Shown here piece after piece: positions 37,356 through 50,301 of a DNA stretch of 64,000 nt. Source of the stretch: Owenia fusiformis (Eukaryota); NCBI GenBank assembly GCA_903813345.2, contig CAIIXF020000001.1:1426001-1490000 (forward strand), in the 5' to 3' direction. The notes under the pieces were generated by a model, which was not told the DNA's origin, made no database searches, and saw only the letters and a list, made by a program, of their open reading frames with translations. The position numbers and the translations under genes were made by a program. Every line of letters starts with the position of its first letter. Within the stretch, counting starts at the first letter, position 1.

Positions 37356-40229
37356 AAATAATGAAATATAAACAATTTACACATTTCTAAAATGCTGTAC
37401 CTTCAGTGATTCCTACAATTATGGATAGTGGTTTGTTATGTTAAAACTTAAAATAATATCTTAACAAATCTGTTTAGTGTATAAGAACAATATAAGTAAA
37501 TATGTTTAATATTAATTATTATTAGACATATGAATATTACCTAAAATAAGAAATCTTGTTATCGTATTCCATTTTAAAATTGGTTGAATGATTTTTGCAC
37601 AGTAGAAATGATGACGGTCATAATTTATAACATATACCTAAGTAACTTAATATTATACGTAATATGCCCTGATGATGTAACATAAATGGTCCTTTATAAT
37701 CAGGTATGACTGAAATTGGACAAGATCTTATAAGGTTACAGTTTCCATATAACGTATGTTCCATATTACTATCCCAAATCTCCATACCAGTAGTTAAGTT
37801 TATGAGTCATAATCCTTCATAGTTTATGATGGCAAATACCTATCCTTGCCTAGAATATGTCATTTTATCAATTTTATGAAATGATTGTTACATAAACAAG
37901 TATACAATTACATACCCCCGCCCCTCCCACATTAAAACTCCATTTTCTTTATCAATCTTTCTACTTCTGGTAATATTCTCTGTCCAGATTCCCCAATTCT
38001 ACATACTGTCAAGTAAACATCTAAATAGGATAGTTCTAGCTATTGCTGTTGTTTTGAAATGTTGACTTTTCTTCGGGAAATTTTTTTTCAATTCTGACAG
38101 AAGTTTTTTAGCCAATATCATTCAATTTATCAATATCCAAAAGCAGAGTTTCGAAATGCACTTTGTTTGTGCCTGTATTTTCATATTTTTTAAGAGAATC
38201 AGAATCTTATTCTACAAAACGGGTGTTCATGGAAGTAGCACTAATTATTACATCATTGCTATAAATCATGTGATTTGATTGGCTAATTCAGTACCATGTG
38301 ACTAAAAATACCATAGGGTATTTCACAGCTCTCTGAATTATTGGCATAGAAAATATGTATTGCCCTGCGTATTGTCTGCCTGGGGATTCTGACAACTGCA
38401 CTTTCAATGATTTTTGCAATATGTATTGCCCGCAGCGTGTAGGTGAACGGGTATTGCCCTCCATAGAATGAAATACTTGCTTAATATTTATTACTGTTCC
38501 GGGCTAAATATCAATTTTGTAACAAACTGAACAAAACGCCACCTTTAACATGCAGCTAATTCTCCCATCTAACCCACAGAGCCTCTTTTAACATATCAAA
38601 ATTTAAAAATTGCCACTGATTCAATTTATAATTATTCAATCAAATCTAAACTGGTAATACCTTTTTACTGCTTCGAACTTCCTTATATTTTATACCATAG
38701 GAGTAGGATGTTTGTCTCTTTCAATTGATGCTTTCACCAGAAACATGGATATCACTCATTTTGATTCATATTTAAAATGGTATGCATGATATATGTGTAT
38801 TTTATACCAAATAGAGACACTTCCCTGGAGAGTTCTAAATCGCTCTATGTAAACAGCCTAGTTTCCCACATCCTTTGTTGACTTTGCTCCCATATTTCCT
38901 TTGAAGCTGTGAAACAGTTCTCTTGTTCTGCATAATATTCCATTTTACTGTAAATCAATGAATAAGGCCAATTCATATCACTGGCTTCCCTAGGTCATTT
39001 AAATGCCTTGCAATTTTTAAATCAGCAATAAAGAATAATGGGTTAAATTATCAAATAATGAAAAAGTTGCAAATGATGAGATTTGCTATATAGCTTTGAA
39101 ATCTTGCTGAAGTATAGTTTAACTATAGGTTAACAGGCTAATTCCTCATTGACATAATTTTAAAGAATCTTAAACATTGACTTATTGTTTCAGTGGTCCT
39201 TTTAAAGTTCATATATACCCAATCTGAACAACATCCAGTCTCAAACACAATCTGATTATCATCAAGTTCAACAATGATTTCTTAAAAATATTTCATTTTG
39301 CCATAGATTGTTTTTGTCTATTTCCAGATGGACGTAATGTAATTTGGCCAGTCTGTCAGCATGATAATATTACTAGAATTATTGAATTAATAAATGGCAA
39401 CAAAATAGAATGTATAATAATAATTGCAATTTGTTTTATTGTTGTATAAAGCTTATGAAATGTAAATAAATAAATTATACAAAAAAAGGAAGGTTCATGA
39501 TAACACTTACATAAAATATCTTAAGTATCTAATAATGATAATGAACATATTACAATGTTACACAATGTTAGTAGATGATAATTAAATGTCAATTGTTGTT
39601 AGTGTAATATGTATTTTTCGCTTAATGCTGCAACAATTACGCAAGTACTAAAAAGTGCCACGCCCACTTTTCCCTAAATGTAGTTGTGTGTGACTATATT
39701 TGATAAATATTATTGATTTATTGGAGCATTATATCAACTCTTTAGTGCTTTAGTGTGAATATACTGTATACATATTTATACAACTTTTGACAAAGTGGTA
39801 GCCACAAATTCCGAACAAATTGCAAATGTTTCACTTTGAGAGCGAAGGGACATATTTGGGAGGAGGTCAAATTGAGAAGATTTTGAGATATAAATACTGT
39901 TTCCATGGTAACCATATAAGTTAGAAATTGGAAATTTCTGACACTAACTAACCATGGTATGCCCTACCTACTATAAAACTATGAATGTATGACGTGCATT
40001 ACTATTCCTTTTATTAGGTGGTATTAAAGTGCCCCCGAGGTTTTCTTGGGGTGGGGGTATTATTTGGCCTGGGGGCCTTCTGCCACCCCTTCATGAAGTC
40101 CAACTACCCAGAAAGTGCCCAGCATAATCATACAGACTGTTTGAAATATGTTGGAATGTATGACTTTCCATGAAAGGAAGAAGTTACAATTATCAGAGTA
40201 GTCCACAGTCTAAAACGCATTGAATGATA

Positions 40230-41181
40230 CGGGGTGTCCAAAAAAACAGGACCGTAAGAAAGTTGAATAACTCGGTCAATTTCCTTGAAATTTTGGAATT
40301 ATTTAGTTTATTCAATTCGAATTTTGTTCTGAAAGTTTGATGATAATCTGTTTATTTTGTCAAAAACTACTGTACTTTACAAAACATGCTTAAAGTGGCC
40401 ACTTCTCCTCTCTATGCACAAACGAATCCTGCGAACAAAGTTGTTAATGACCCTGACCTATAGACATTAATGTTGATGGTAAATATTGGGGTAGTGATTG
40501 CCCTCTTAACATTGTTAGGGGCCTGCCAGTATACATATTGGCTTTGAGAAATCCTCAAAGATAAAAAAGTGGGGGATTTAGATCTGGCGAATGAATATGG
40601 CGAATGAATATGGTTTCCGTTCTGCAACTAATCAGCTGACCACCGAAGCATTGCCTAAACCATTTCAGCATATCATTTGCAGTGTTGGGGTGGTATTGGC
40701 TTGATGAAACCACTGCTTATTTCCCTTCTGGTGCTTAAGTGCCCTCTAAAACTTAGTGAACAACTTACTGGTCCTTGTTCATGGTGATAGCACGTCCCCA
40801 GTCACCTTCGAACCAAAAAGGACTGATGATTCCATGTTTCCTCATTGCCACCCAGGCAGTGCATTGTTCAGAATGCAATGGATGCTGTAACTCTTCACCA
40901 GGAGGATGTAAGCCCCAGTAGCAATTGTTCTTGGAACAAACTTGTCTATTCAGAAAGACATGTGTGTAGGAGGATCATCGACAACTTTGTTCGCCAGATT
41001 GAATTGTTCATAGAGAGGAGAGGAGAGCTGTTGTTTTTGACTCAATTGGTAGATTATTATCAAACTTTCACAACTAAATTCACATTGAATGAACTAAATA
41101 ATTATGAAATTCCAAGGCAAAATATGCAAAATTGACCGAGTTATTCAACTTTCTTACGGTCCTGTTTTTTTGGACACCCTG
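40230..41181 (-). mobile_element. Internally deleted Tc1/mariner (maT/DD37D-like) transposon with transposase remnants
   Basis: TA-flanked TIRs C(G/A)GGGTGTCCAAAAAAACAGGACCG; minus-strand remnants SKNNCYWG...HPLHSEQCTAWVAMRKHGIISPFWFE and HSPDLNP..FYL*GFLK. Confidence 0.88.
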
Positions 41182-41884
41182 TAATAATAGATGACAAATA
41201 TTTTACAAAACGTTTACAGAATAATACACGAGTGTGCAAGCACCTTGGCGTAAAATAATTTATAATCCAAATTGCGATTTGTCAACAAAAAAAACATAGA
41301 CTCACATATCAGGTTAGCTCAAGTCTTAAATGTTGACTATGAAGATGAGTAAACAAAAACATCAACAATAACTATACTATGATTCCCACGAATCGATTTC
41401 TTTGACCCTCATTGATCTAAACCACACAATACGAGTCTATATATACTTGTTTGATTGCATTTTTGGTTCATCAAGCGCAGGATATTTTAGGATGCATTTG
41501 CAAATTGCATTTAAAATTCGCATGGGAATGAAAATGGGTCTTAAAATTTGACACTCGTGATTACTGGAAATAGCATGTTGTCTGAAAACAAGTATTGTAT
41601 AATGCAATCAAAAAAATCTTGCGTCCAGACAATGCCCCCCCCCCCCCCTCTATTTCACCCATGATTCATCCACTCATGGCGGGGCTTGTAGCTAGACTAT
41701 CATCATTAGTAAATTTGAATTTTTACTGGTTATAGCATTCATAACAATAGCAATTATCCTTTCAATAGCTTTAGCTTATAAAAAGAAGGGGATTCATCGT
41801 AATTCGTAATTCACGTTCATGCTTTGTTGAATACGCGTCTGTAAATTGCACCAATATGATAATCTCATGTAAAAACCTATTATG

Positions 41885-42692
41885 ACGTGCACGGACCTGA
41901 GGACAATTCGGGAAATGCGGGGTAATCTCTTAATGCGCGTTAATCTCTGCCTTATTTGAAAAGCTAACTATGCGTTTTATATATTATTTTGAAGTATTTT
42001 TTATTCGTATTCCAGTGAAAATTTTTTTCTTTGAAAAGTTTGATGGGATCTACCAAATTTTTAAAGTTAAATGTATAAAGATCAGAATCCCACTAAAATT
42101 TCAAATTTTATTCAATGGAACGTGTGCATTTATGACGTCACAATTGCGTAACGGATCAAGTGGTCTAGATATGAAGCTTTTAAACTTTTCAAAATTATGT
42201 AAGGTTTTGAAGGCGAAGGGGACGAGCAATACACTTTAAGTTACCTTGACATTACCTTCTAATTTTGGTCTGATTCGAAAAAAAATTAACTGCACAATAT
42301 TGGCACGGTGACATTTACAAAACAATAACCGGTTTGTTTATTTCGCAAACAATATTAAAATAAGAGCTGATTTTTGAGACTTGAAAAAAAATGTGACGCA
42401 TCGATTTTTTACCACAAATTCCATGCGTATCAATTTTCACTAACGTCCCAATTGAATTTCCTGACCGTTTTTCAAAATTCGAAAACATTTAGAAATATTT
42501 CTACTTTGTGAATGTTATCATGATTAAATAAGGATAAAGCATTTTCTTCATGGGTTGACCAAACTTGAAGAAAATGTGACGCTCGTCGTTTTTGACGTTA
42601 TAAGGCCATTTGCGCCCTATACCGCTCATTGTTTGTTTTGGTATTTTGACGCTAAAATGTTACGCTAATTGTCCCCAGTTTCGTGCGACGTG
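41885..42692. mobile_element. CAC...GTG-type MITE (Chapaev/CMC-like)
   Basis: ACGTGCACGGACCTGAGGACAATT versus AATTGTCCCCAGTTTCGTGCGACGTG; TATG on both flanks. Confidence 0.5.
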
Positions 42693-43185
42693 TATGTAAA
42701 CTTCACGCTGGCCCACAAAAAATAGAGCCCAAATCTCAACTCATCTCAATTCTGCTATACATATTGTGTTAAACAACTAAATTAAGCAGCATTGAGACAA
42801 CATGGACATGGAAGACGACATTGGACTCTATTAATATGTTGTATTTTGTAAGATACAAGATGTCATAAAACACTGCCAGGCTGTGAAACATTTCCTTTGT
42901 TAAACACTTTCATCCGGGACTTCCATCAATTTGTAAATAAAGTAATATTTTTTTATACTTTTAAAATATAAAATAAAACGAAATGCCGCTAAGAAAAAGG
43001 AAAAAACATTTTGAGGTTTACGTTTACGTTACATCTTAAGTGCTCAGCTTAAAGCACTTTTTTTCATAATACGTAAACTGGAACGTAAAGGTTTACGTTT
43101 GCGGTTCACGTCATAAAAAATCGTCTTGCTTAACCTATGCGTGTAGCTTAACCTCTCTAGTGTCTGTCTAAATGGACGTGTTTAC

Positions 43186-43413
43186 CTGTTTTCTGCCTCT
43201 AAACCTTTGTATCCATAAAGTAAAGAGTTCATTACGTTGTTTCATCAGGGACGTTAATATTTCAAAGGCAGGACAGGTCCATAGGTGACGAGTCCAAGGA
43301 AGAAAGGCCATGAGGTAAAATGATGGCGAAGTTGTCAACTTTTCCAAGTCCTCTATCCACCTTCGAGCAAAATTACGGTCATCCTCATATACTGGGGTAT
43401 CTTCCCCTATTAT
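43186..43413 (-). CDS. Cytochrome P450 exon 2
   Basis: tttag acceptor and GTAAAC donor; 228 nt open in phase 0: IIGEDTPVY...AFLPWTRHLW...RFRGRKQ (F-G region with LPW). Confidence 0.88.
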
Positions 43414-43539
43414 CTAAAGTATGGTAGACGTAGTTCAAAAGTATATGAAATCATAGACACATACTAATAATGGATACTTGAACAATATCGAAGCTTACTT
43501 TCAAACTGACAAATTGATGAAACATTTTTTGCTACTCAC

Positions 43540-44088
43540 CAAACCTATAATAATCATAAACACTTGGTTCGTAATTTTCTCACTGGGGTCAAAAGCTTTT
43601 TCGTTTTCGTTTTTAAACTCCTTCACGATATTGTCAATGTGAAGATTGGACAGCCTGACTATCCTATTAATACCACCACCATGCTGATTCATCCCTCTAA
43701 GTCCAATTTTCTTGTATGTTTTGAATCTTGGTGTGAAATCTTGCGTGGAAACATTATGGGAAAACCATGTGTTAATGATATATGAATTATGAAATGGTCT
43801 TCCTGCAAAATCATTACCATTTGTTACCATCGCTTCATATATGCTATTGTAATCGCACAAAACAACAATTTCCTCCCCCATTACGTTCACCTTAAAAACA
43901 TCGCCATATTGTTTTGTCCATTTTTGAATTTGCCAAACTGGACCACCTTCCTTGATGACGCTTCCAATATTTCCCAAGAATGGTAATCCAGGAGGTCCTG
44001 GTAAGTCGATGCTTTTATTTTGGATTCGCTTGTATAATCTGACGGATAGACACACTAAGATTGATATTAATATAATTTGCAACCACAT
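43540..44088 (-). CDS. Cytochrome P450 (clan 2, CYP1/CYP2/CYP17-like), exon 1 of 6
   Basis: ATG at 44088; N-terminal membrane anchor, PGPPGLP hinge, GDVF..V.G, FAGRP; ends at a GTGAGT donor in phase 0 (549 nt). Confidence 0.93.
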
Positions 44089-44395
44089 CTTGTACTGTGT
44101 GCATTAACTATTGCTTAGAAGCGGTCTTGAAGTCACGAAGTCGAAATAAAGTATAAATCGCGCATGCGTTCACATGTGGAAAACAAAAAAAACATCGACT
44201 AGCGTCGTCGACAAGTCAAGCAGGTGTGTTGATATTAAACGTATACATAACCACGTAAGTTTTATTCAGTTATTAAACTTGCGGATACTTTGTAGCTCGA
44301 GAATATCTACTTGATCAGTGTATATAAAGCAAATGGGAATGTTGTTTGTACACGATGAAAACCTCGTTGGCCTTTGATTGATAAACAACTAATCT

Positions 44396-46127
44396 CACGG
44401 TGTTATAGCATGACAGATACGCCACCTCTGAAAACGAGGTTAGTCGTATACGATCACTGATTTATCCAATAAAATGGCCACGATGAAACAGAAAGCTAAG
44501 GTAGGTGCATTATGTTCTACTACTGCGTATCAATAAAAGCATGAAAGATTTATGTAAGCGTCGCATTCGGGGATGCATTCAGTAATGTTTATTTTGATCG
44601 TAGTCTTTGCAAATCGACGCCCATGGATAACATGAAATAAGCGAAAAACTGTCGAGTTTGAAATTCAAAACTTCATAAAATTTAGTAATTTGTTTCTTTT
44701 CTTCGTTAGGACATGCTCTACATTGCGCAACAACCTTGGTGTATATAAATGTAACCTACATACGATCATACAAAGCCAATTAAGCATTGTAAACCACTTA
44801 ATATGTTCTACTCAAGCCATAATAATGTATTTTGAATTTGCGGATACGCCAAAAATTGATAGACAGTTACGCGAACCTCGTTCATATATGTAAAACCGAA
44901 TCATTTCATATCGCTTGTGATCCAAAATTGAAATGTTTTTCAACCGGATTTGAGTTTTGTAAGCTATAATAGATGAAATCGTATTATTACCACCTTGCAG
45001 GGCCTGTTCTAGGGGTTTTAGTACTAGTTGAGAAGGCATTTAAATTGCTATATTGACGTGAGCAATATTGTGTCGGGCGTTAATGACTTTAGTCGGGCAA
45101 TAATGATATTATTCGCCCGGCTATGTTTCCCGGGAAAAGTGATATCGTTCAGTGCGTAAGATTTTCTATTTCAAATTTGCTATTTCAGCCCTGGGCATTA
45201 ACGGTGGTAATAATGGTAATAACGTCATTTCTGCGGGCAAAATAGTGAAATATTGGACCTTGGGCCTGCGGCCCTTGGTCCAATATTTCATATTGCCCGC
45301 AGAAATGACGTTATTGTACTATTATGAAGATGGTGACATAAACAGCTGAATATGATTTGTAATAATGGTAATGTCTAATGTCACTTATGACATCATCAAT
45401 TAATTTGGAGTTGTTTTCTTCCGTCGCCTGTTCGTTGTTACTAATTTCTTCCTTTGCCTCTTCATTACAATCATTTTCACTTTCATTGGCTTTCGCTATT
45501 TTTTCCTTGCCCTATAGAGGCTCAAGCAAGAGCGTCTCTTGCGAGTCCTGAAAACAAATATAGGCAGTTCACACATAGAGAGCTATCCATCTAGGGACCT
45601 TGACTTGACAGGAACTTGCATGTAACCGTCCGCTAACATCTAATGTAAAACTAATACAATGCGTTGCTGTCCATAAAAAAGCATGCAATACATACGTATC
45701 TGTCTAACGACCTTGCGATTGAAACCTTATTATCTACAATATTTACCACATTTCTGTTCTGCATTTGTCATTTTATGGCTTGTTTATGCACAGTTTACGT
45801 ACAGTTAGTATTTTGAGTGGCTCTGAGGCACATATACTGAGAAAACACGAAAAAGGACTAAAAATTATGAACTTCGAAATCTCAGCTGGGTAGGTTTACA
45901 GCTTATATTCTGCTTCTTGTAGACCACACGACAGATTTAACTCAATCTTTAAAACCATTCACATATGCATCACCGAATGGAACTAGTTGAAAAGGAAAGC
46001 TTATCTGTGAATCTTGCCTACAGGCGAAAAAGAGGACATGCTGTCTTTCCCGTCCGCCATTTTTTGTTATCGTTACCGCATAATTTGGCCAATTGCCTTG
46101 TCGTATCTGTCATGCTATAACACCGTG
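44396..46127 (+). mobile_element. Transib-like non-autonomous element T1
   Basis: Perfect TIR CACGGTGTTATAGCATGACAGATACG; 5-bp TSD AATCT (44391-44395 and 46128-46132). Confidence 0.88.
44982..45322. mobile_element. Hairpin-headed element nested in T1
   Basis: ~100-bp palindrome 45218-45315 centred on GGGCCTGCGGCCC; inverted pair TTATTACCACC and GGTGGTAATAA. Confidence 0.7.
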
Positions 46128-46171
46128 AATCTACTAGAACTAATGATCGTTTCTAGCGTGCAAACTATTAC

Positions 46172-47911
46172 CACTATGCATTACCATGACGGTTACGTCA
46201 AGGCGATTTGCAAGATTTTGCGGTAACGATAACGGATGGGAAAGACAGCATGTCCTCTTTCTCGCATGTAGGCAAGATTCACAGGTAAGATTTCCTTTTA
46301 AACTAGTTCCATTTGGTGACGTATATATGGATGGTTATAAACTGAGGCCCGGGTATACTGTCATTAATAAGCCGTGTGGTCTACAAGAAGCAGAATATAA
46401 GCTGTAAACCTACAGACTGAGATATCCAATTTTTAGTTCATTCTCGTGTTTTCTCAGTATATGTGCCTCAGAGCCACTCAAAATACTAACTGTACATAAA
46501 CTGTGTATAAACAACCCATAAAATGACAAACCCAGACCAGGAATGTGGTGCATATTTACGGTGTTATAGCATGACGGTTACGGCAAGGCGATTTGCAAAA
46601 TTTTGCGGTAACAATAACAAAAAATGGCGGATGGGAAAGACAGCATGTCCTATTTCTCGCTTGTAGACAAGATTCACAGATAAGGTTTAAACGCAATATT
46701 GTTAGACGACTACGTATGAATTCTATGGACGGTAACGTATTGTATTAGTTATTAATTTCAAACTCAACAGTTTTTCGCTTATTTCATGTTATCCCCAGGC
46801 ATCAATTTGCAAAGACTACGTTCAAAATATACATTACTAAATGTATCACCGAATGCGATGCTTACATAAATCGTTCATCCTTTCATTGATACACAGTAGT
46901 AGAAAATAATGCATTAACCTTAGTTTTCTGTTCCATCGCGGCCATTTTTCAGAGGTGGTGTAACCGTCATGCTATAGCAGGGTGATGTTGTTAATAATAA
47001 AGTTTCAATCGCAAGGTCGTTAGACGACTACGTATGAATTACATGATTTTGTTATGGACGGTAACGTATTGTATTAGTTGTACATTAGCTTTAGCGGACG
47101 GTTACGTGCATGTGCACATATCTCCATGTTATTGTAATAACGGGTAACAAATGGAATATTGAATTACCTATATTTATTTTTCAATTAGGTTGAACAATAT
47201 CTAGTAATATTTCAATTTTGGATCACAAACGATATGAAATGAATCGGGGTTTCATATATGAACGAGGTTCGCGTAACCGTCTATCAATGATTTACGTTAC
47301 CGCAAATTCAAAATACATTATTATCGGTTAAGTAGAACATATTAGGTGGTTTCCAATGCTTAATTGACTTTTAATGATTGTATGTAGGTTATATTTATAT
47401 ACATCAAAGTTGCAGAAGATGTGAGTAGCTCCCATAATTCTTTCATATTCTATCGTATTCGGGGATTCCCCATTACGTCATCTCCCGCATCGTCTCCAAT
47501 CTAATTGTAGGATGCGATCACGTGAACATATCGTGGAAATGGCGTTAACATCAGTTCAACATCATCATTTTAAACCTACGGTAATACTATTGAAGTTACT
47601 CGATCCAAACTTGAAGAGAATACTCATAAAACTACAGCGAACATTGGGAGATTCAGTTCAATGGCAAATGAGACCTGTTTATAAAATTTGTTTTCGAACG
47701 TTCCAATATGATAGGTCATCTTTGGGAAATCCCCCCCCCCCTTGCCAAAGTTGGTAGGCAATGTAGACCATGCACTGACGAGGAAAATAAACAAATTACT
47801 AAATTTTATGTAGTTTTGAATTCCTAACTCGATAGTTTTTCGCTTATTTCATGTTATTCCCGGGCATCAATTTGCAAAGACTACGTTCAACCGTCATGGT
47901 AATACATGGTG
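46172..47911 (-). mobile_element. Transib-like element T2, same family as T1, inverted
   Basis: TIRs CACTATGCATTACCATGACGGTT and CACCATGTATTACCATGACGGTT; 5-bp TSD ATTAC (46167-46171 and 47912-47916); body is reverse-complementary to T1. Confidence 0.85.
46557..46984 (-). mobile_element. Transib-like element T3 (deletion derivative) nested in T2
   Basis: TACGGTGTTATAGCATGACGGTTAC...GTAACCGTCATGCTATAGCAGGGTG; TSD ATATT/ATGTT; the empty site is present in T1 near 45740. Confidence 0.78.
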
Positions 47912-48017
47912 ATTACACAGTAGGTCAACGATTTTTTGTGTGTATTTTTGAGTTGGATAGAATAAATAACTCTAAAACATATTCATATTCAATCAATTTG
48001 CTACTAAAGGATGCATA

Positions 48018-49464
48018 CACTCCCCTCCATAAGTTTGGCAACCTTAGCTCCCCCATTGAACTACATGTACGTGTAAAAGTTAAGTTTCTTTACGTTTGAA
48101 TTTTTATTTACTTAACAAGCGACGGAAATACTTAAAATATTAATGGAAACGTAACTTGACATTATTTCCAATACCTCCAAATTTTCTTAATTTTTTTCCT
48201 CAATTACAAAAGGTCGAAAATTGATGATAAATTTGATGAATTTTTTGACATTCTCATGTTAACCAATGGGAAATGGTTAAGGACCTTCAAAATGGTTGGG
48301 CCCAAATCAAACATCTTTATTGTTCTCTTGAACACATTTAAGGTACATCGAGATATAAGTCCAATAAAGCAATTATAACAAATAAAACATTCATGTACAT
48401 GCATGGTAAACATAGTAATCACAATCTTATTTTAACAATCACTAAGCACTAAGTAGCATGAAATGATTTCTCATCAATTTTGTTTAACAACTCTTTGGTA
48501 ATATTATGAACTCTGAATTTGCCTGGAGCATCATTTGGTCTATTGATGTTTTGCATAAACGGGCTTTTGTATTCTTTTTCTTTTGTTATTGTACAGGGCG
48601 TATCAAAAAAACGCAACAAGTAGTTATCTCGTAAAATCACAAAACTAGTGATGACTACATCAATTTCATTCAATGTACCATAAAGACACGTCTCTCCTCT
48701 TTGCAATGATATAACATGCATTAACATATTGTAATGGTTGGGTGAGAAGTCCTTCCATTTGCACAGTGGGTCAAAATCGGCTCTGCACCAAGTTTTAGAT
48801 ATTGCAAAAATCAGTGCAAGGGCTAATAGTCCATGGTATGAAATCTCTAGGACGTCTAATAAAGGAGTTGGTAGCACACTATAGCGCAGCGATATTTGAC
48901 CTTACATAACATACCTACATATGTCCCCTAATAATTTTTATTATAACCATTCAATACACTTCCGGCTAAACTAAAATTCTATTTCCCGTAGTTAGATATA
49001 GCTCAGTTGCTTATAAAACAACCATCAAGAATTGATCGCATTCATGAATAAATTCGAAAAATCGTTATCATTATCTTCCTAAAATTTGATTGTATCCAGC
49101 GGTAAGGTCAAAGAACAAACAGCCATCAGAAAACTTGATGATAGCCACAAGCAACGTCGAGGAATAATTTCAAGGCGTTCGGATTGGATTGTTCGGATTG
49201 GATTGCATGAAATTATCACATTGGATTACATGGGAATGACGATTTTCAAAAATTCATCAAATTTATCATCAATTTTCGACCTATTGTAATTGAGGAAAAA
49301 AATTTTTAAAAAATGGGAGGTATTGGAAATAAAGTCAAGTTACGTTTCCATCAATATTATAAGTTATTTTATCGCCGGTTAAGTAAATAAAAATTCAAAC
49401 GTAAAGAGGCTTTAACACGTAGTTCAATGGGGAAAAAAGGTTGCCAAACTTATGGAGGGGAGTG
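48018..49464. mobile_element. Tc1/mariner-like element with ~235-bp TIRs and nested fragments
   Basis: TA-CACTCCCCTCCATAAGTTTGGCAACC...GGTTGCCAAACTTATGGAGGGGAGTG-TA; contains another Tc1-like end (48594-48825) and an A1-family fragment; a partial copy lies at 26590-26715. Confidence 0.85.
48827..49205 (-). mobile_element. Fragment of the A1 Academ-like family
   Basis: Reverse complement of 4800-4940 joined to 3750-3960; begins TAGTCCATGGTATGAA. Confidence 0.8.
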
Positions 49465-49634
49465 TATACCAAGAGAACCTAATTTAAACTCAGATATTTC
49501 GTATCGAAGAAAATACGATTGTAACTGGTCTCTTCATAATGCGTGCCCTGTGCTACAATCGGACTTCATATATATTTTGAAGGTGTTGACGCGTCTAAAA
49601 TACTCCCATTTGCTCCATTACGCTAGATTTCGCG

Positions 49635-49727
49635 ATGAAGATTGCTGGACAGGTTGCTCTAATAACGGGTGGATGTGGTGGACTGGGGAAAGCATTCGCT
49701 GAGATCTTACTTAAGTGTGGAGCGAAG
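49635..49727 (+). CDS. HPGD: 15-hydroxyprostaglandin dehydrogenase-like SDR, exon 1 of 7
   Basis: MKIAGQVALITGGCGGLGKAFAEILLKCGAK with the TGxxxGxG Rossmann motif; GT donor after GAK, as in vertebrate HPGD. Confidence 0.92.
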
Positions 49728-49895
49728 GTATATTTCGATTTTTCATCTGATGAATGTGCATTTTTGATTACTTGTAATTTGATTCTAATATTCGCCTATC
49801 GACCAATCATGCACATGACGCATCATCTTGTGCGTTTACAACCTGTTTTACAATACTCAATTGTTAAATTCTTACGCCATTCCCCTACCTTCTAG

Positions 49896-50010
49896 GTTTG
49901 TCTCGTTGACTTGAACCTGACGCAAGACTCTCAACAACAATTGAATGAAATGTATGGAAAATCAGTTGTCTTTAAACAATGTGATGTCACTAATAGACAA
50001 TCTCTAAAAG
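49896..50010 (+). CDS. HPGD: HPGD-like exon 2
   Basis: ttctag acceptor, GTAATG donor; VCLVDLN...FKQCDVTN; acidic residue typical of NAD preference. Confidence 0.92.
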
Positions 50011-50301
50011 GTAATGCGTTCTAGAGGGGGAGACTACAAATGCATGAAATTATCACAAGTCTTAGTTTTAAACCGAAAATGTACATCGATTTTTAGTTTG
50101 GAACTAACAAGAATATCACCATCTTATATCAAATTCCTTGTCTGCTGTCAATTCACTCTGTAAATTCTAGGACTCGGTCATCATTTTTAACTTCAAAAAT
50201 CAGTTCATTGTGCATTTATTTCAATTATCATGTAGTAAAAAAGTTACTAAAAAAATTGACTTGTGAAGTTTTGAAATAATTTATTTCGGTGTGTATTTCA
50301 G

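Larger units (their letters stand above)
34718..40212. mobile_element. Academ-like element A3 with ~690-bp TIRs, in P450 intron 2
   Basis: TAGACTGTGGACTA...TAGTCCACAGTCTA; 34718-35410 is the inverse of 39500-40212; AAA on both flanks. Confidence 0.8.

Noticed and set aside
37940-39000. Coding-like remnants inside A3
   Set aside because: Heavily interrupted; no motif could be identified with confidence
44396-47911. True 12/23 recombination signal sequences
   Set aside because: Heptamer-like ends are present, but there is no ACAAAAACC-like nonamer at 12- or 23-nt spacing
48449-48877. 142-aa ORF as a host gene
   Set aside because: Runs across three nested transposon fragments
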